Assembly (NCBI RefSeq): GCF_001194135.2
Contig: NC_068982.1
Location: 17,466,814-17,530,813 of the forward strand
Length of the DNA stretch: 64,000 nucleotides
Reading direction: 5' to 3'
From: Octopus bimaculoides
Taxonomy: Eukaryota
Part shown: in pieces, positions 51,111-64,000 of the stretch
Layout: each line of letters opens with the position of its first letter
How positions within the stretch are numbered: position 1 is the stretch's first letter
Program-made: the position numbers and the translations under genes
The notes under the pieces: generated by a model
What the model was told of the DNA's origin: nothing
What the model saw: the letters and a program-made list of their open reading frames with translations, nothing else
The model's database searches: none

Positions 51111-51923
51111 NNNNNNNNNNNNNNNNNNNNNNNNNNNNNNNNNNNNNNNNNNNNNNNNNNNNNNNNNNNNNNNNNNNNNNNNNNNNNNNNNNNNNNNNNN
51201 NNNNNNNNNNNNNNNNNNNNNNNNNNNNNNNNNNNNNNNNNNNNNNNNNNNNNNNNNNNNNNNNNNNNNNNNNNNNNNNNNNNNNNNNNNNNNNNNNNNN
51301 NNNNNNNNNNNNNNNNNNNNNNNNNNNNNNNNNNNNNNNNNNNNNNNNNNNNNNNNNNNNNNNNNNNNNNNNNNNNNNNNNNNNNNNNNNNNNNNNNNNN
51401 NNNNNNNNNNNNNNNNNNNNNNNNNNNNNNNNNNNNNNNNNNNNNNNNNNNNNNNNNNNNNNNNNNNNNNNNNNNNNNNNNNNNNNNNNNNNNNNNNNNN
51501 NNNNNNNNNNNNNNNNNNNNNNNNNNNNNNNNNNNNNNNNNNNNNNNNNNNNNNNNNNNNNNNNNNNNNNNNNNNNNNNNNNNNNNNNNNNNNNNNNNNN
51601 NNNNNNNNNNNNNNNNNNNNNNNNNNNNNNNNNNNNNNNNNNNNNNNNNNNNNNNNNNNNNNNNNNNNNNNNNNNNNNNNNNNNNNNNNNNNNNNNNNNN
51701 NNNNNNNNNNNNNNNNNNNNNNNNNNNNNNNNNNNNNNNNNNNNNNNNNNNNNNNNNNNNNNNNNNNNNNNNNNNNNNNNNNNNNNNNNNNNNNNNNNNN
51801 NNNNNNNNNNNNNNNNNNNNNNNNNNNNNNNNNNNNNNNNNNNNNNNNNNNNNNNNNNNNNNNNNNNNNNNNNNNNNNNNNNNNNNNNNNNNNNNNNNNN
51901 NNNNNNNNNNNNNNNNNNTATAC

Positions 51924-51963
<40 letters not shown>

Positions 51964-53199
51964 GCATATGTTTATATATATATATACACACACAAATACA
52001 CATATATTTATATATACAAACATTCATACACACACACGTGCACACACGTTTATGAATTTGTGTTAAAGATTCCTGATTTGAAACCGTGTGCTAAAACAGA
52101 TATTGTTATATTTTGGGACGGTCATTTTTTTTCCCAAATGAACACACGCACTATATATTCGTTCTTCGCTCGTTTATTACTGACCGTATTTTATCTTATG
52201 TCCATGGTCTGGAAATCTTCCGTCACACATCTGTGACCTCTTCAGCGACCCTTTCCGCTCACGTGTATCCTTCAGCTCCGTTTAGTCCAATCTTCTTTCT
52301 ATGATGTATATCCTTTAATTGCGCATGCGCCTGTATCTGTGTGTGTGTGTGTGTGTGTGCGTACGCGTGTCTACGTGTTTCGCAGGTGTGCTTATGTGTG
52401 TGTATATGGGCTTGCCTACTACACTGTTTGTGTCTGCACACACACGCGCACACACATGTACACGCACAGATACAGGCGCAAACGCATGCTCAGACAAGGA
52501 TACACATTACAGAAGGACAGAAAGGACTAAGCGGGGCAGGAGGATACACTTGGGCAAAAAGGGTTACCGAAGAGGTCACAGATGTGTAAAAGTGCGCGCA
52601 CACGCACACACACACATACATGCGTGTGTTTTTGCATTGTTTTAGCTTTGAAATTATGTTGCCCTACTGGCTAGATGAGAAGGCCAACATGGTTCCCGAT
52701 TGAAAAGAGGACTGATGCAACGTGAAATGAAGTGTTTTGCTCAAGAACACAACACGCCGCCCAGTCTCACGATCGTGAGTGCAACAGCCTGACCACGTGG
52801 CCACGCGTCCTCACATACACACACACACATACACACACGCACGCACACACGCGCACACATACACACACACGCACTCACATATACGCACACATGCACATAC
52901 ACACACGCACACATGCATACACTTACATATACATACACATACGTGCCCACACATACACATACATACATACACGTACACGCACACACACACACACACGCAC
53001 ACGCACACNNNNNNNNNNNNNNNNNNNNNNNNNNNNNNNNNNNNNNNNNNNNNNNNNNNNNNNNNNNNNNNNNNNNNNNNNNNNNNNNNNNNNNNNNNNN
53101 NNNNNNNNNNNNNNNNNNNNNNCAAGGCCCGAAATTTTGGGGGAGGAGGACAGTCGATTATATCGACTCCAGTACGCAACTGGTATATTGACAGTAAAT

Positions 53200-53960
53200 A
53201 GTTAATGCTGTTGAATTGGTTGAATTTGAATTGAACCACGTGATAACTACCGTGTTATTATTTCATGGCTTCAAATTCGTAGACTTGCATATGTCGTCAG
53301 CTTTTCCTTTAGCCAAGATCGTTGTACTCACTATTTTAAAATTCCTTTCAGCAGGATTAATGAATTTACATTTACGAACATTTTTGAGACTGTTTTTATC
53401 GTCCATCTGTTCAAATAAAAATTGTTTTTACTGAGGTATTTAAGTTTGTCTTGAATGTTATATTTTATGGCTTTCTGTTGTCCTTCGGTGTTGGTTTCCA
53501 AATATTTGTTGCTGTTGGTTGTTATGTGAGGATTTCTTAAGCTGTTGTATGCATAAATTCCTTGTTTCATTTGCAAATATAAATTTAGATTTTATCAGGT
53601 TTTTAAAATCTGAGATTATCTTTTGTAGGGGATCATTCGTGCTGCTTTAAATTCTACAGTTCTTATTAAACTAAAGAGTTAATTTTCGTACGTTTCCAAC
53701 TCATTCTTTTGCTGTGAGTACGTTCGAGATTTGAATCGGAGACCATTTTTTCATCTGTAATATTGTTAACACTATTGTCGTAGAAGCAAGCTTTGTATTG
53801 CAGACATTTTATCACACTGTCTGTTTTCTCGAGGAATGCTTAGGGAGTGATTATACTGGGTGGAACTGGAATATTTAGTCATCGAGTTGTACACATTTCT
53901 TGTTTGTATTGTTTGTTTCCGAGTTCACATATGATGTTTTTGTGCTTTTAAATGCCCAGC
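53200..53960 (-). mobile_element. Penelope-like retroelement relic (N-terminal part of RT ORF)
   Basis: Broken frames read LNIPVPPSII...FLEKTDSVIKCLQYKACFYD...NELETYEN*LFSLIRTVEFK...KFIFANETRNL...KCKFINPAERNFKIVSTTIL...TNLKP*NNNTVVITWFNS, colinear with Penelope motifs NIPIP, VIKRMRWKA, ADKTRNLY, CRLINPAK and QWKNTxxVIxWF (recalled). Confidence 0.75.
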
Positions 53961-54473
53961 CACCGTGTGGGAACGATTACGTCTTTCATTTATTTCCGTC
54001 TTTCATTTATTTTGGGGCAGAAAAACACGAGTGTTCACTCAATACGTTGTGTTAGACATGTGTTAAACGGGATAGATGTTTATGTATAAGGTAAATCTAA
54101 ATTACATTGCTAGACCACAGTACGCTCGATAAAGAATTGAGAATTTAAAAATACCCGGAAAGATTGATTACCTCATCAGCAAATTAATTTCTTTTTTATG
54201 ACACATGACTAATTTTAAAATTTTATCAAGAATTAACTTCCTCTCCCGATACAAGATAAATGACAGTTGCTTCAACGACAACGTGATCAGATGAAAACGC
54301 TGTTAACACACTTAACTTCATTACCAGTCATTTATTCTCAATTCGCTAATGTGTACAGTTGATCAAAAGACCATTTGAACTAAATCGGGATTTGGTGGTG
54401 TAATCACTGTTTACCTCACAAATGAATAAATTGACACAGAGTACAATTATATTCATACATATTATACATTTAA

Positions 54474-54513
<40 letters not shown>

Positions 54514-54906
54514 NNNNNNNNNNNNNNNNNNNNNNNNNNNNNNNNNNNNNNNNNNNNNNNNNNNNNNNNNNNNNNNNNNNNNNNNNNNNNNNNNNNNNNN
54601 NNNNNNNNNNNNNNNNNNNNNNNNNNNNNNNNNNNNNNNNNNNNNNNNNNNNNNNNNNNNNNNNNNNNNNNNNNNNNNNNNNNNNNNNNNNNNNNNNNNN
54701 NNNNNNNNNNNNNNNNNNNNNNNNNNNNNNNNNNNNNNNNNNNNNNNNNNNNNNNNNNNNNNNNNNNNNNNNNNNNNNNNNNNNNNNNNNNNNNNNNNNN
54801 NNNNNNNNNNNNNNNNNNNNNNNNNNNNNNNNNNNNNNNNNNNNNNNNNNNNNNNNNNNNNNNNNNNNNNNNNNNNNNNNNNNNNNNNNNNNNNNNNNNN
54901 NNNNNN

Positions 54907-54962
<56 letters not shown>

Positions 54963-56180
54963 CGCATTATGATACGTGATTGTGGACATGCGCGTGTATG
55001 TCAATGTGTATTTGTGTATGCGTGTGAGTGTGCGTGCGTGTAATGTTTTATTGAAGCTCAAGAATTTCACAATCTGTTACTCAGAGTTTCAGATAATCGA
55101 TCTTGAACAATACGATAGTTTATAAATGTTTATAAAAAGGTGCAGTGGTAATTATTTAGTAACTCATCAGAGAAACATTAAAAGCTGATTGGACAGGTGG
55201 GAGGTGTTATTGCTTTTCAAAATTACTAGAATCCGTTATCATTTTTATCCAGGTAATTCCAGTAATTTCGAAAAAGCTGTAATCCCCTGTCCGATCAGCT
55301 TTAGCTGTTTATTTCATGAGTTTGAAAATAATTATCATTGCACCAGTTATAATAAATTTGTAATCCATTTTAATGTTGCAAACGTTCACTTCTGTCTAAT
55401 GATCGGTTACGTGAAATTCTGACTAAAATAGTTTCGCCGATTTCCATTAAACCAATCTTGCATCATGTCGTTATAATTTCCATAACTACTGATTTACTTT
55501 CATGCACTGTGCAATTTATTTTTCACAGCGCAAGGCGGTATCAACTCATGAAACAACACCACAGATTTTTTACAATCTTTCTAACCCAGGATACAACGCA
55601 TGAAAAATAATTAATGATGGAGTATAATACTTCATTACAAAACACAATATCCAAAGCACAAACTAAAATATTCTTGACTATGATTGCCTTTCGTTTAATT
55701 CCTATGATCTCTGACGTAATTCATAACCAGTATTTTCTAGCTTGTACACTGGAGTGAGTAGTGCAATCAGGATTAGAACATTCCGAGACGCAGATTCCAT
55801 TCTCGACTGTTATATAAATTCATTTAACTAACATTACCAATATTTCTGTATAAAAACTTAATTTCTCACTCTTGTTTATATACCGCGTATGGACAATGCC
55901 TCGAATGTGCTATGCGTGCATTTCACGCCAAATTCAAGCACGATAAGGTCAAATTTAGCATAATGTGTAAATGTATCAGACTAGAATAGTTTCCATACCA
56001 TTTTGTTATCAGTTAGAATTCTATTTCTTTTGGCAAATTTGGCTAGAATTAGTGCGAATAGCAGTGGAATATGAAGGTGTCAATAAGATTAACCTCCTTT
56101 CGATGGTTCTATGATTAACACTCATTAAATACGTACATACATACGTACGTACGTACATACATACATACATAATACACACA

Positions 56181-56216
<36 letters not shown>

Positions 56217-57074
56217 NNNNNNNNNNNNNNNNNNNNNNNNNNNNNNNNNNNNNNNNNNNNNNNNNNNNNNNNNNNNNNNNNNNNNNNNNNNNNNNNNNNN
56301 NNNNNNNNNNNNNNNNNNNNNNNNNNNNNNNNNNNNNNNNNNNNNNNNNNNNNNNNNNNNNNNNNNNNNNNNNNNNNNNNNNNNNNNNNNNNNNNNNNNN
56401 NNNNNNNNNNNNNNNNNNNNNNNNNNNNNNNNNNNNNNNNNNNNNNNNNNNNNNNNNNNNNNNNNNNNNNNNNNNNNNNNNNNNNNNNNNNNNNNNNNNN
56501 NNNNNNNNNNNNNNNNNNNNNNNNNNNNNNNNNNNNNNNNNNNNNNNNNNNNNNNNNNNNNNNNNNNNNNNNNNNNNNNNNNNNNNNNNNNNNNNNNNNN
56601 NNNNNNNNNNNNNNNNNNNNNNNNNNNNNNNNNNNNNNNNNNNNNNNNNNNNNNNNNNNNNNNNNNNNNNNNNNNNNNNNNNNNNNNNNNNNNNNNNNNN
56701 NNNNNNNNNNNNNNNNNNNNNNNNNNNNNNNNNNNNNNNNNNNNNNNNNNNNNNNNNNNNNNNNNNNNNNNNNNNNNNNNNNNNNNNNNNNNNNNNNNNN
56801 NNNNNNNNNNNNNNNNNNNNNNNNNNNNNNNNNNNNNNNNNNNNNNNNNNNNNNNNNNNNNNNNNNNNNNNNNNNNNNNNNNNNNNNNNNNNNNNNNNNN
56901 NNNNNNNNNNNNNNNNNNNNNNNNNNNNNNNNNNNNNNNNNNNNNNNNNNNNNNNNNNNNNNNNNNNNNNNNNNNNNNNNNNNNNNNNNNNNNNNNNNNN
57001 NNNNNNNNNNNNNNNNNNNNNNNNNNNNNNNNNNNNNNNNNNNNNNNNNNNNNNNNNNNNNNNNNNNNNNNNNT

Positions 57075-57225
57075 TCGACGGGATTCTTTCAGTTTCCGTC
57101 AATAAATCAACTCACAAGGCTTTGGTCAGCACGGAGCTGATGTAGAAAACACTTGCTCAAGGTCTCACGCAGTGAGACTGAACTCGGAACCATGTGGTTA
57201 GGAAGCAAGCTTCTTATCATACACC
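57075..57225 (-). mobile_element. SINE family B, 5' part
   Basis: gacgggattctttcagtttccgtc...cacaaggctttggtc...ggaaccatgtggtt. Confidence 0.75.
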
Positions 57226-57259
57226 TATAAATATATATATATAGACACACATACATATA

Positions 57260-57298
<39 letters not shown>

Positions 57299-57301
57299 GA
57301 G

Positions 57302-57336
<35 letters not shown>

Positions 57337-57934
57337 GCATGTATGTATATATAAGAAGTCGATACTAAACCAACAGCGGGAAGGAACGTGGAAACTACTA
57401 TTAAAAAATAAAATTACTAAAACAACAAGCCCTTAAAATATCCGAACCAATTTACCAGATTCTTATAAAGTATGCGTTTCTGAATAAACAAGGAAAACGT
57501 CTAGTTGGCTTATAATGATATTTTCATTTTACAAACTATTTGGTGCTCATTAGAAGGCACTTTTAAAACATACTTTACCTATGACCGACCGTTTCTATTG
57601 AAACGATTTTGTTCTTTATTTATCGTTGAATGCGGAAGGACGAAATTTGGAATATTCATATGAGAAGGATAGAATTAATAAAATGAAAGGAATGTGTTAG
57701 TAATATGTTCCGATTGACAGCTGTGTTGGTCTAAGAACCAGCAGATCTCACGGTTAGATGTGTAGTTCTTTGAAGCAAACTCATTATAAATTTCACCTTT
57801 TTTTTTGTGCGGGGGTAGCTGGTTTTCCGATGTTATCGGAGTTTAGACATTCATTTTAAACACACGTACTATGAAAGTGTATGTAACTGTGTACACTCAC
57901 ACAGACACATACACTCGCGCACACACACACATAC

Positions 57935-58043
57935 ATGTATGTACAACCATATATATCCATGCAGACACATATAAACACACACACACATTTATATATGTAT
58001 ATATGTATATATATATGTATATATGTATATATATGTAAATATG

Positions 58044-58127
<84 letters not shown>

Positions 58128-58292
58128 TATATACACACATACATACATACATACAAATGTATGTGTGTATATATATGTGTATATATTGATACACGCATAT
58201 ATCTATATGTATATACACACATATGTATATGTATATTTATATATTTACATATATATGTATACATACGCACACATATGTATATGTGTGTTTGA

Positions 58293-58331
<39 letters not shown>

Positions 58332-58370
58332 TGCGTATATATATTCATGTATATATATACATACAATCAG
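57935..58370. repeat. Compound (TA)/(TG)/(CA) low-complexity tract
   Basis: Directly visible. Confidence 0.95.
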
Positions 58371-59839
58371 AGTGATCTTAAAATAATCAATGTGTTAATA
58401 CAGCGTAAAAAATCTATTAAAAAAGATGTTGAACTAGATGCATATTATTGACACATATGATATATATTTTCGTCTAGACATGAAAAAAATATTTATACTT
58501 TATCCAATTAAAAGTCAGGTAATCATTTAGAAAAAACAATTAGGCGTTAATTTATGGCGGGAAGCTCACAAATGCAAAGTAAATATTACCATAAATCATT
58601 GGTTTAAATGATTTATTCCTAAAATATTGATTTCTAACATAGCCATAAAACCAGAAATTTACAAAGAGGGTATACTTAAATAGAATAAAACCTGTTTGAT
58701 TGGTTATCGATCCCAGGAAGATAAATGGCAAAGGTCACTTTATTCGGATCAAGGGTCAGAACGTAAAGAACTGTAACTAGACACCACATACAATTCTCTA
58801 CGATTCTCTACTGATTCTGCATATTTTTCAATCAGATTTTTATTTCCTTTAATCACATGTTCTGGTTTTTTCTTTAAACATTGATACAATTCTAAAACAT
58901 CAATTTTGAAAGGAGCGTTAATCTATTCAACTAGTAAAATGTTGTAAGTCAAAAGTAAAGCAAGTGTATCCTCGTCAGTTTCGACGATGATTATTCCTGT
59001 TGTTCGATCAGTGAACTATTTCCTCATTAAATTTTAATGTAAATGACCGAGTATTTCACAGATACTTGTCACCTTAATATAATCCTACATAATCATCATT
59101 CAAAATTATTGTGGCTGAGCGTGTGAAAAGATGTGGCTTTGAAATACAGGTACAGTCTATTAGATAGGATTTCACACGTTTCTCTCAACTCATTTTCGCT
59201 TAGAAGTCTTGAGTCGATAGAGATTATTATAAAAAAATGCTTGGCCAAGGCGCCACGCAATGGAATACACAAAACCTCATGGTTAGAAAACATTTCACCA
59301 TGTGTAAAACATACTTCCATTGATATGATTCGATGGCTTCAACTGGATTTTGGTCATTAAGGAAAAATTTGAGCATAAGATATAATCATTACTGACAGTA
59401 AAATAACTGATGAGGTTTTACTTCGATCTTGATCGCTGTTGTTGAGCAACCGCAAGTAAGAGCTCATCGAAAAGATCTCTACGATCATAAGTATTCCAAT
59501 CATGGCCATCTGATCTTATTTTCAAACATGGTGTGATTTCAGAAGTGTATTTTAACTGCTATTTCTAGCGGGTCGAATCACTATGTAAAGAATCTTTCAC
59601 TGGCTCATAGAGAGCCATGTTAGTTTTATTTGATTGAGAGTCAAATAATATCAAATGAGTTTGATAGATTACTAGTTAAAACCATCGAGGAGAAAACGTG
59701 TGGGTATATCCCGCCGTTGGTGCTACACCATATCTCTGAAAAACACACATCACATTACATAGTCCTCATTATCCAAATGATGTGCAATATACCTCTAGAT
59801 ACCTTTCAAGAGCTTTCCACTGCTTTCACTGAAATCGAT

Positions 59840-60060
59840 CTGAGTTCAAATTCCGCCGAGGTCGATTTTGCCTTTCATACTTTTGAGGTTGATAAAATTA
59901 AGCACCAGTTGAGCACTGAGGTCGATGTAATCGACTTAATCCTCACCCCGAAGACGCTGGCCTAAATTAAGTAGCAGTTGGCGACTGGGATCGATGTAAT
60001 CGACTAACCCTCAAAACTCTGAATTGCTGGACTTGTGCCAAAATTTGAAACCTGTATTAT
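59840..60060 (+). mobile_element. SINE family A, 5'-truncated, with internal duplication
   Basis: The block cagttg...ctg(a/g)ggtcgatgtaatcgact occurs twice (~59905 and ~59975). Confidence 0.7.
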
Positions 60061-60609
60061 TTGACAGTATATAACATCATTAGTTTTAGGTAACGGAGTA
60101 AAATTATACCCTGGGTAATATTTGTAACATACTCGCGTTATATCTAAGGACATTGATAGCTCCTAGCTACACCAGTGACTTTGAAAATTGGGATAAGTTC
60201 CATCCAGGACTAGCGGTATCTCCTAGTAAACGGTAGTAAACAGTAACTAGAAATACTCGATATATAGTTAACCCAAACAAAAACGATATTCTACACCTAG
60301 AAAATTCAATAAACTGATGCTTGAGCTGACTGGTTCTTTTGTTTTGCTTACTTCCAGGCTAGCCGTGACCAGAACCGTCTGTTTTTGGTTTTTAAGCCAT
60401 GTTACCATTTCAACCCGAACTGCAACATAAACATTTTGCACGGGAGACTACCGCGAGTACAGGACAACGGCGAGATTACGACGACGACTAAATCGACAGC
60501 GACAACCATAATGATGAAGTTGATAATAAGTGTATCTACCCAATGGATCATTTTCAAAAAGATAGAGATGTGCAAATGTTGATTTGATTGTTATTTCTAT
60601 CAAGTCTAA

Positions 60610-60859
60610 GGATCATGTTGCGTTTCTCTCGTTGGCGCGTTTGAATCGATTGTACTCAACGCGGCACGTTGTTCTTAAGTGACCCAACGATTCATGACAT
60701 TTGTTTTCATCACTGAATGGTTGACATAATCCATCTCTTGCTTTAATACCACCACCTGGCACTTGGAGTGTTTTTTTTACGGACTCCATCCATACTTTGG
60801 TAGACATTTGAGCCAGGCCTCCAGTTTGAGGGTAACCTCTCTCTCTCTCTCGCCCATAA
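60610..60859 (-). mobile_element. Possible RTE-type LINE 3' fragment
   Basis: Weak similarity of (R)PGSNVYQ/WMESVKKTL to the RTE GRPxxRWxDxV motif. Confidence 0.3.
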
Positions 60860-61124
60860 NNNNNNNNNNNNNNNNNNNNNNNNNNNNNNNNNNNNNNNNN
60901 NNNNNNNNNNNNNNNNNNNNNNNNNNNNNNNNNNNNNNNNNNNNNNNNNNNNNNNNNNNNNNNNNNNNNNNNNNNNNNNNNNNNNNNNNNNNNNNNNNNN
61001 NNNNNNNNNNNNNNNNNNNNNNNNNNNNNNNNNNNNNNNNNNNNNNNNNNNNNNNATGATACAGAAAATGATCATTATTATTAATATTAATTAAGTATTA
61101 TTATTATCATTATTAAGGCAGCGA

Positions 61125-61350
61125 AATGCGGTGAGCTGGCAGAAAGGTTAGCACGCCGGACAAAAGGCTTAGCGGCATTTCGTCCGTCTTTACGTTCTCA
61201 GTTCAAATTCTGCCGAGGTCGACTTTACCTTTTATTCTTTCAGGGTTGTTAACATGAAGTACTACCTGAGCACTGGGGTTAATTTCATCGGCTTACTCCC
61301 TCTCCCGAACCTGTTGGCTTTCTGCTAAAATTCAAAACAACTGATATTAT
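61125..61350 (+). mobile_element. SINE family A
   Basis: gcggtgagctggcagaaaggttagcacgccggac...gaggtcgactttacc. Confidence 0.8.
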
Positions 61351-61423
61351 CAAATTCGACTCAGTGAAGCTTAATTTCATTGATTATACCTCCCACCACT
61401 AAAATGTGTGACACTCTGTCTAT

Positions 61424-61838
61424 AGTGGCTGTGTGGTAAGTAGCTTGCTTACCAACCACATGGTTCCGGGTTCAGTCCCACTGCGTGGCACCTTGGGCAA
61501 GTGTCTTCTACTATAGCCTCGGGCCGACCAAAGCCTTGTGAGTGGATTTGGTAGACGGAAACTGAAAGAAGCCCGTAGTATATATGTGTATATATATGTG
61601 TATGTGTGTGTATGTTTGTGTGTCTGTGTTTGTCCCCCCCCCCCATAATCGCTTGACAACCGATGCTGGTGTGTTTACGTCCCCGTAACTTAGCGGTTCG
61701 GCAAAAAGAGACCGATAGAATAAGTACTAGGCTTACAAAGAATAAGTCCTGGGGTTCAGTTGCTCGACTAAAGGCTGTGCTCCAACATGGCCGCAGTCAA
61801 ATGACTGAAACAAGTAAAAGAGTAAAAGAGTAAAGAGT
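61424..61838 (+). mobile_element. SINE family B, near full length
   Basis: Near-identical to 7247-7660. Confidence 0.9.
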
Positions 61839-62280
61839 ATAAGAAAAAATGTCGATGTTTTGTTGGCGTACCACTCTTTTAGTTTATCGTTGACCAGTCC
61901 AAGGAAGGTTGAAATAACAGGATCTGGTGGCCGAGGTGCTGAATGTAGCGGCGCTTTATCTCCTCGCTAGCGATATAAACAAATGTTCATTTTGCACCTA
62001 AAAGTTGATATGAGAGTTTCTCTCATTGCATCTACTGTAGTATAGTTTGCTCTTACAGAACATCCACGTTTAAGTAGGAATAATTGTTACCTCTCGATAT
62101 TTTTATTGCCTCTGTAGTTAATATATATTTTGTAACAAACTTTTTTTAGTTGTTCTACGTCAGTTCAAAAAAGAACAAAAGCTAAAGCAAGGAATTTCAG
62201 TTTAAATAAAGTAGTGGAATGAATATTATATTGTGAAGAGAAACAAAAGAAATCAAACGTTTTAGGCAGAACCATTTGTT

Positions 62281-62335
<55 letters not shown>

Positions 62336-62432
62336 NNNNNNNNNNNNNNNNNNNNNNNNNNNNNNNNNNNNNNNNNNNNNNNNNNNNNNNNNNNNNNNNN
62401 NNNNNNNNNNNNNNNNNNNNNNNNNNNNNNNN

Positions 62433-62493
<61 letters not shown>

Positions 62494-62798
62494 TAGAAAC
62501 GTAAACTTCTTGTTGAAGGCTAAATAGATGGAGATAAATAAATTTGAGAGGATAAGATGGAAATGAAAGGAGGTAAATGAAAGGAGAAAAGTTTCAAATG
62601 TCGAGGTGAAGGATAACGGTCAGAAGAAGGTGAACGCAGAAAGATGGCCTGCAGATTTAAGAAACGTTGGTGAGTAGCAGGAGGAGGAGGACGAAGCAAC
62701 AGGAAAATGCTATACTGGCATAGAAACCCACGTGTATTCACACACACACACATACACATATAAAGACACACACACTCACGCACACGCATTCATAAATA

Positions 62799-63735
62799 CA
62801 GTAGCGGCCATAATACCAAGTGTATTGAAATAGTTGTTTTAGAAGATTAACAACACGTTGAAGCTAGATATTTTACACATATTTAGATACATCTAATATC
62901 GATCTTTCGTGAAAATTTCAAGTGAAGGGAATATTTCCTAAGTTATGAGGAAATAAAACAATCTTCTAAATTGCAACGGCCAAAAGTTAAGGGCCACTAA
63001 GAAAAAAAAATGAACCACTAACCGAGGTATTTGTTGCTTAGAAGACTGTTAATGAGCTAACATTCACTTTTAATGATTTTACTTTATTGGAACATTTAAC
63101 TGTCAACATGGCGGCTTGTGAGAGACGACCGGTGTCCTGTGATGAAAAACAAAGGATCGTGTGCCTTCACCAGAAGGGCAAGTCAAATGCTGTGATAGCA
63201 AATACTGTAGGAAGTTCTAGAAGTGTTGTGCAACGAATTGTAGTTCGTTTTAAGTCATCAGGATCGACAGATGCTAAACGCCAAACCGATAGACCGCGTA
63301 AAACGTCACCAAGACAGGATTGTATTATGGTTAGAATATCACTGAAGGATAGATTTAAGAGTGCTGCTGAGATATCCCACGAGTTTAGTTCCACTTCCGA
63401 TGTCAACGTATCGTGCAAAACAGTTTCTCGGAAGTTACGAGGTTCTGGGTTGCTTGCTCGGGCACCAGCAAAGAAACCTCTGATCTCCAAGAAGAACCAA
63501 AGAGCCCGTCTTCGTTTCGCTTACGAACATGTCGTTTGGACAGAAGAACAGTAGTCGCAGGTTCATTTTAGCGATAAATCGAAGTTTAATGTGATTGGTT
63601 CCGATGGCGGGATGTACGTCCGACGAAGAAGTGGCGAAAGGTTATGTCGTGCATGAGTGAAGAAGACGGTGAAATATGGAGGAGTCAGTGCAATGGTATG
63701 GGGAGGGGTCTCTGCTGTTGGTTCTGGGTCATTTG
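62799..63735 (+). pseudogene. Tc1-family transposon relic: left TIR, intact HTH region (63108-63554), broken DDE region
   Basis: TA|CAGTAGCGG terminus. MAACERR...GRP-like DRPRKTS...ARAPAKKPLISKKNQRARLRFAYEHVVWTEEQ* (W codon mutated to TAG), then VHFSDKSKF, a frameshift, and KKTVKYGGVSAMVWG. Homology is lost after ~63735. Confidence 0.9.
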
Positions 63736-64000
63736 TTCTTGTTCTCACTGTCCTGTTCTTGTTAACACTTTCACCCTCCGTAAAAAATTCCAAATTTTAT
63801 TTAATTTGCTTTGCGGGAAGGACTGTTCCAACGAAGTCGCGTACTGTCCTTGCCTTCAAAACGCGGAGTAGATGGAACAGGGACAACTGAGGAAGGGATA
63901 TACTCTTTGTCCTGTACCCATATATGCATGTATGTATACGTATAGATGTAGGAATGTGCATATATGTATAGATATATGCATATATATATATATATATATA

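Overview
AT-rich, microsatellite-saturated animal genomic DNA with about two dozen N gaps. The repeat families and microsatellite load suggest a coleoid cephalopod, probably Octopus (inference). There is one clear protein-coding gene, a spondin-2/mindin-like gene on the minus strand that runs off the left edge. Its first coding exon (CDS 18616-19852; strong acceptor at 19928) encodes a long N-terminal segment, one hydrophobic stretch, an ~285-aa Thr/Lys/Glu/Gln-rich mucin-like stalk and the start of the Spondin_N domain. A 17.75-kb phase-1 intron joins this to exon 652-863, which continues the domain (IG|RTHDHNYTMWKIGSYAS...). A candidate promoter and non-coding first exon lie at about 22.4-22.9 kb. 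The remaining ~41 kb has no recognisable host gene. It holds several tRNA-derived SINE families (some as head-to-tail multimers), relics of mariner, Tc1, CR1/L2-like, RTE and Penelope elements, MITEs and simple repeats. The most interesting observations are: (1) a possibly membrane-anchored, mucin-stalked spondin; (2) a TSD-flanked, 5'-truncated SINE that is a 96% inverted copy of its immediate neighbour; (3) SINE multimers; (4) a MITE converted into an 85-bp minisatellite; (5) a duplicated SINE-tail/micro-exon cassette; (6) an AT-rich island weakly resembling LSU rRNA. I see no convincing multi-gene novel system. All family assignments are by eye and need database confirmation, and repeat boundaries are approximate.
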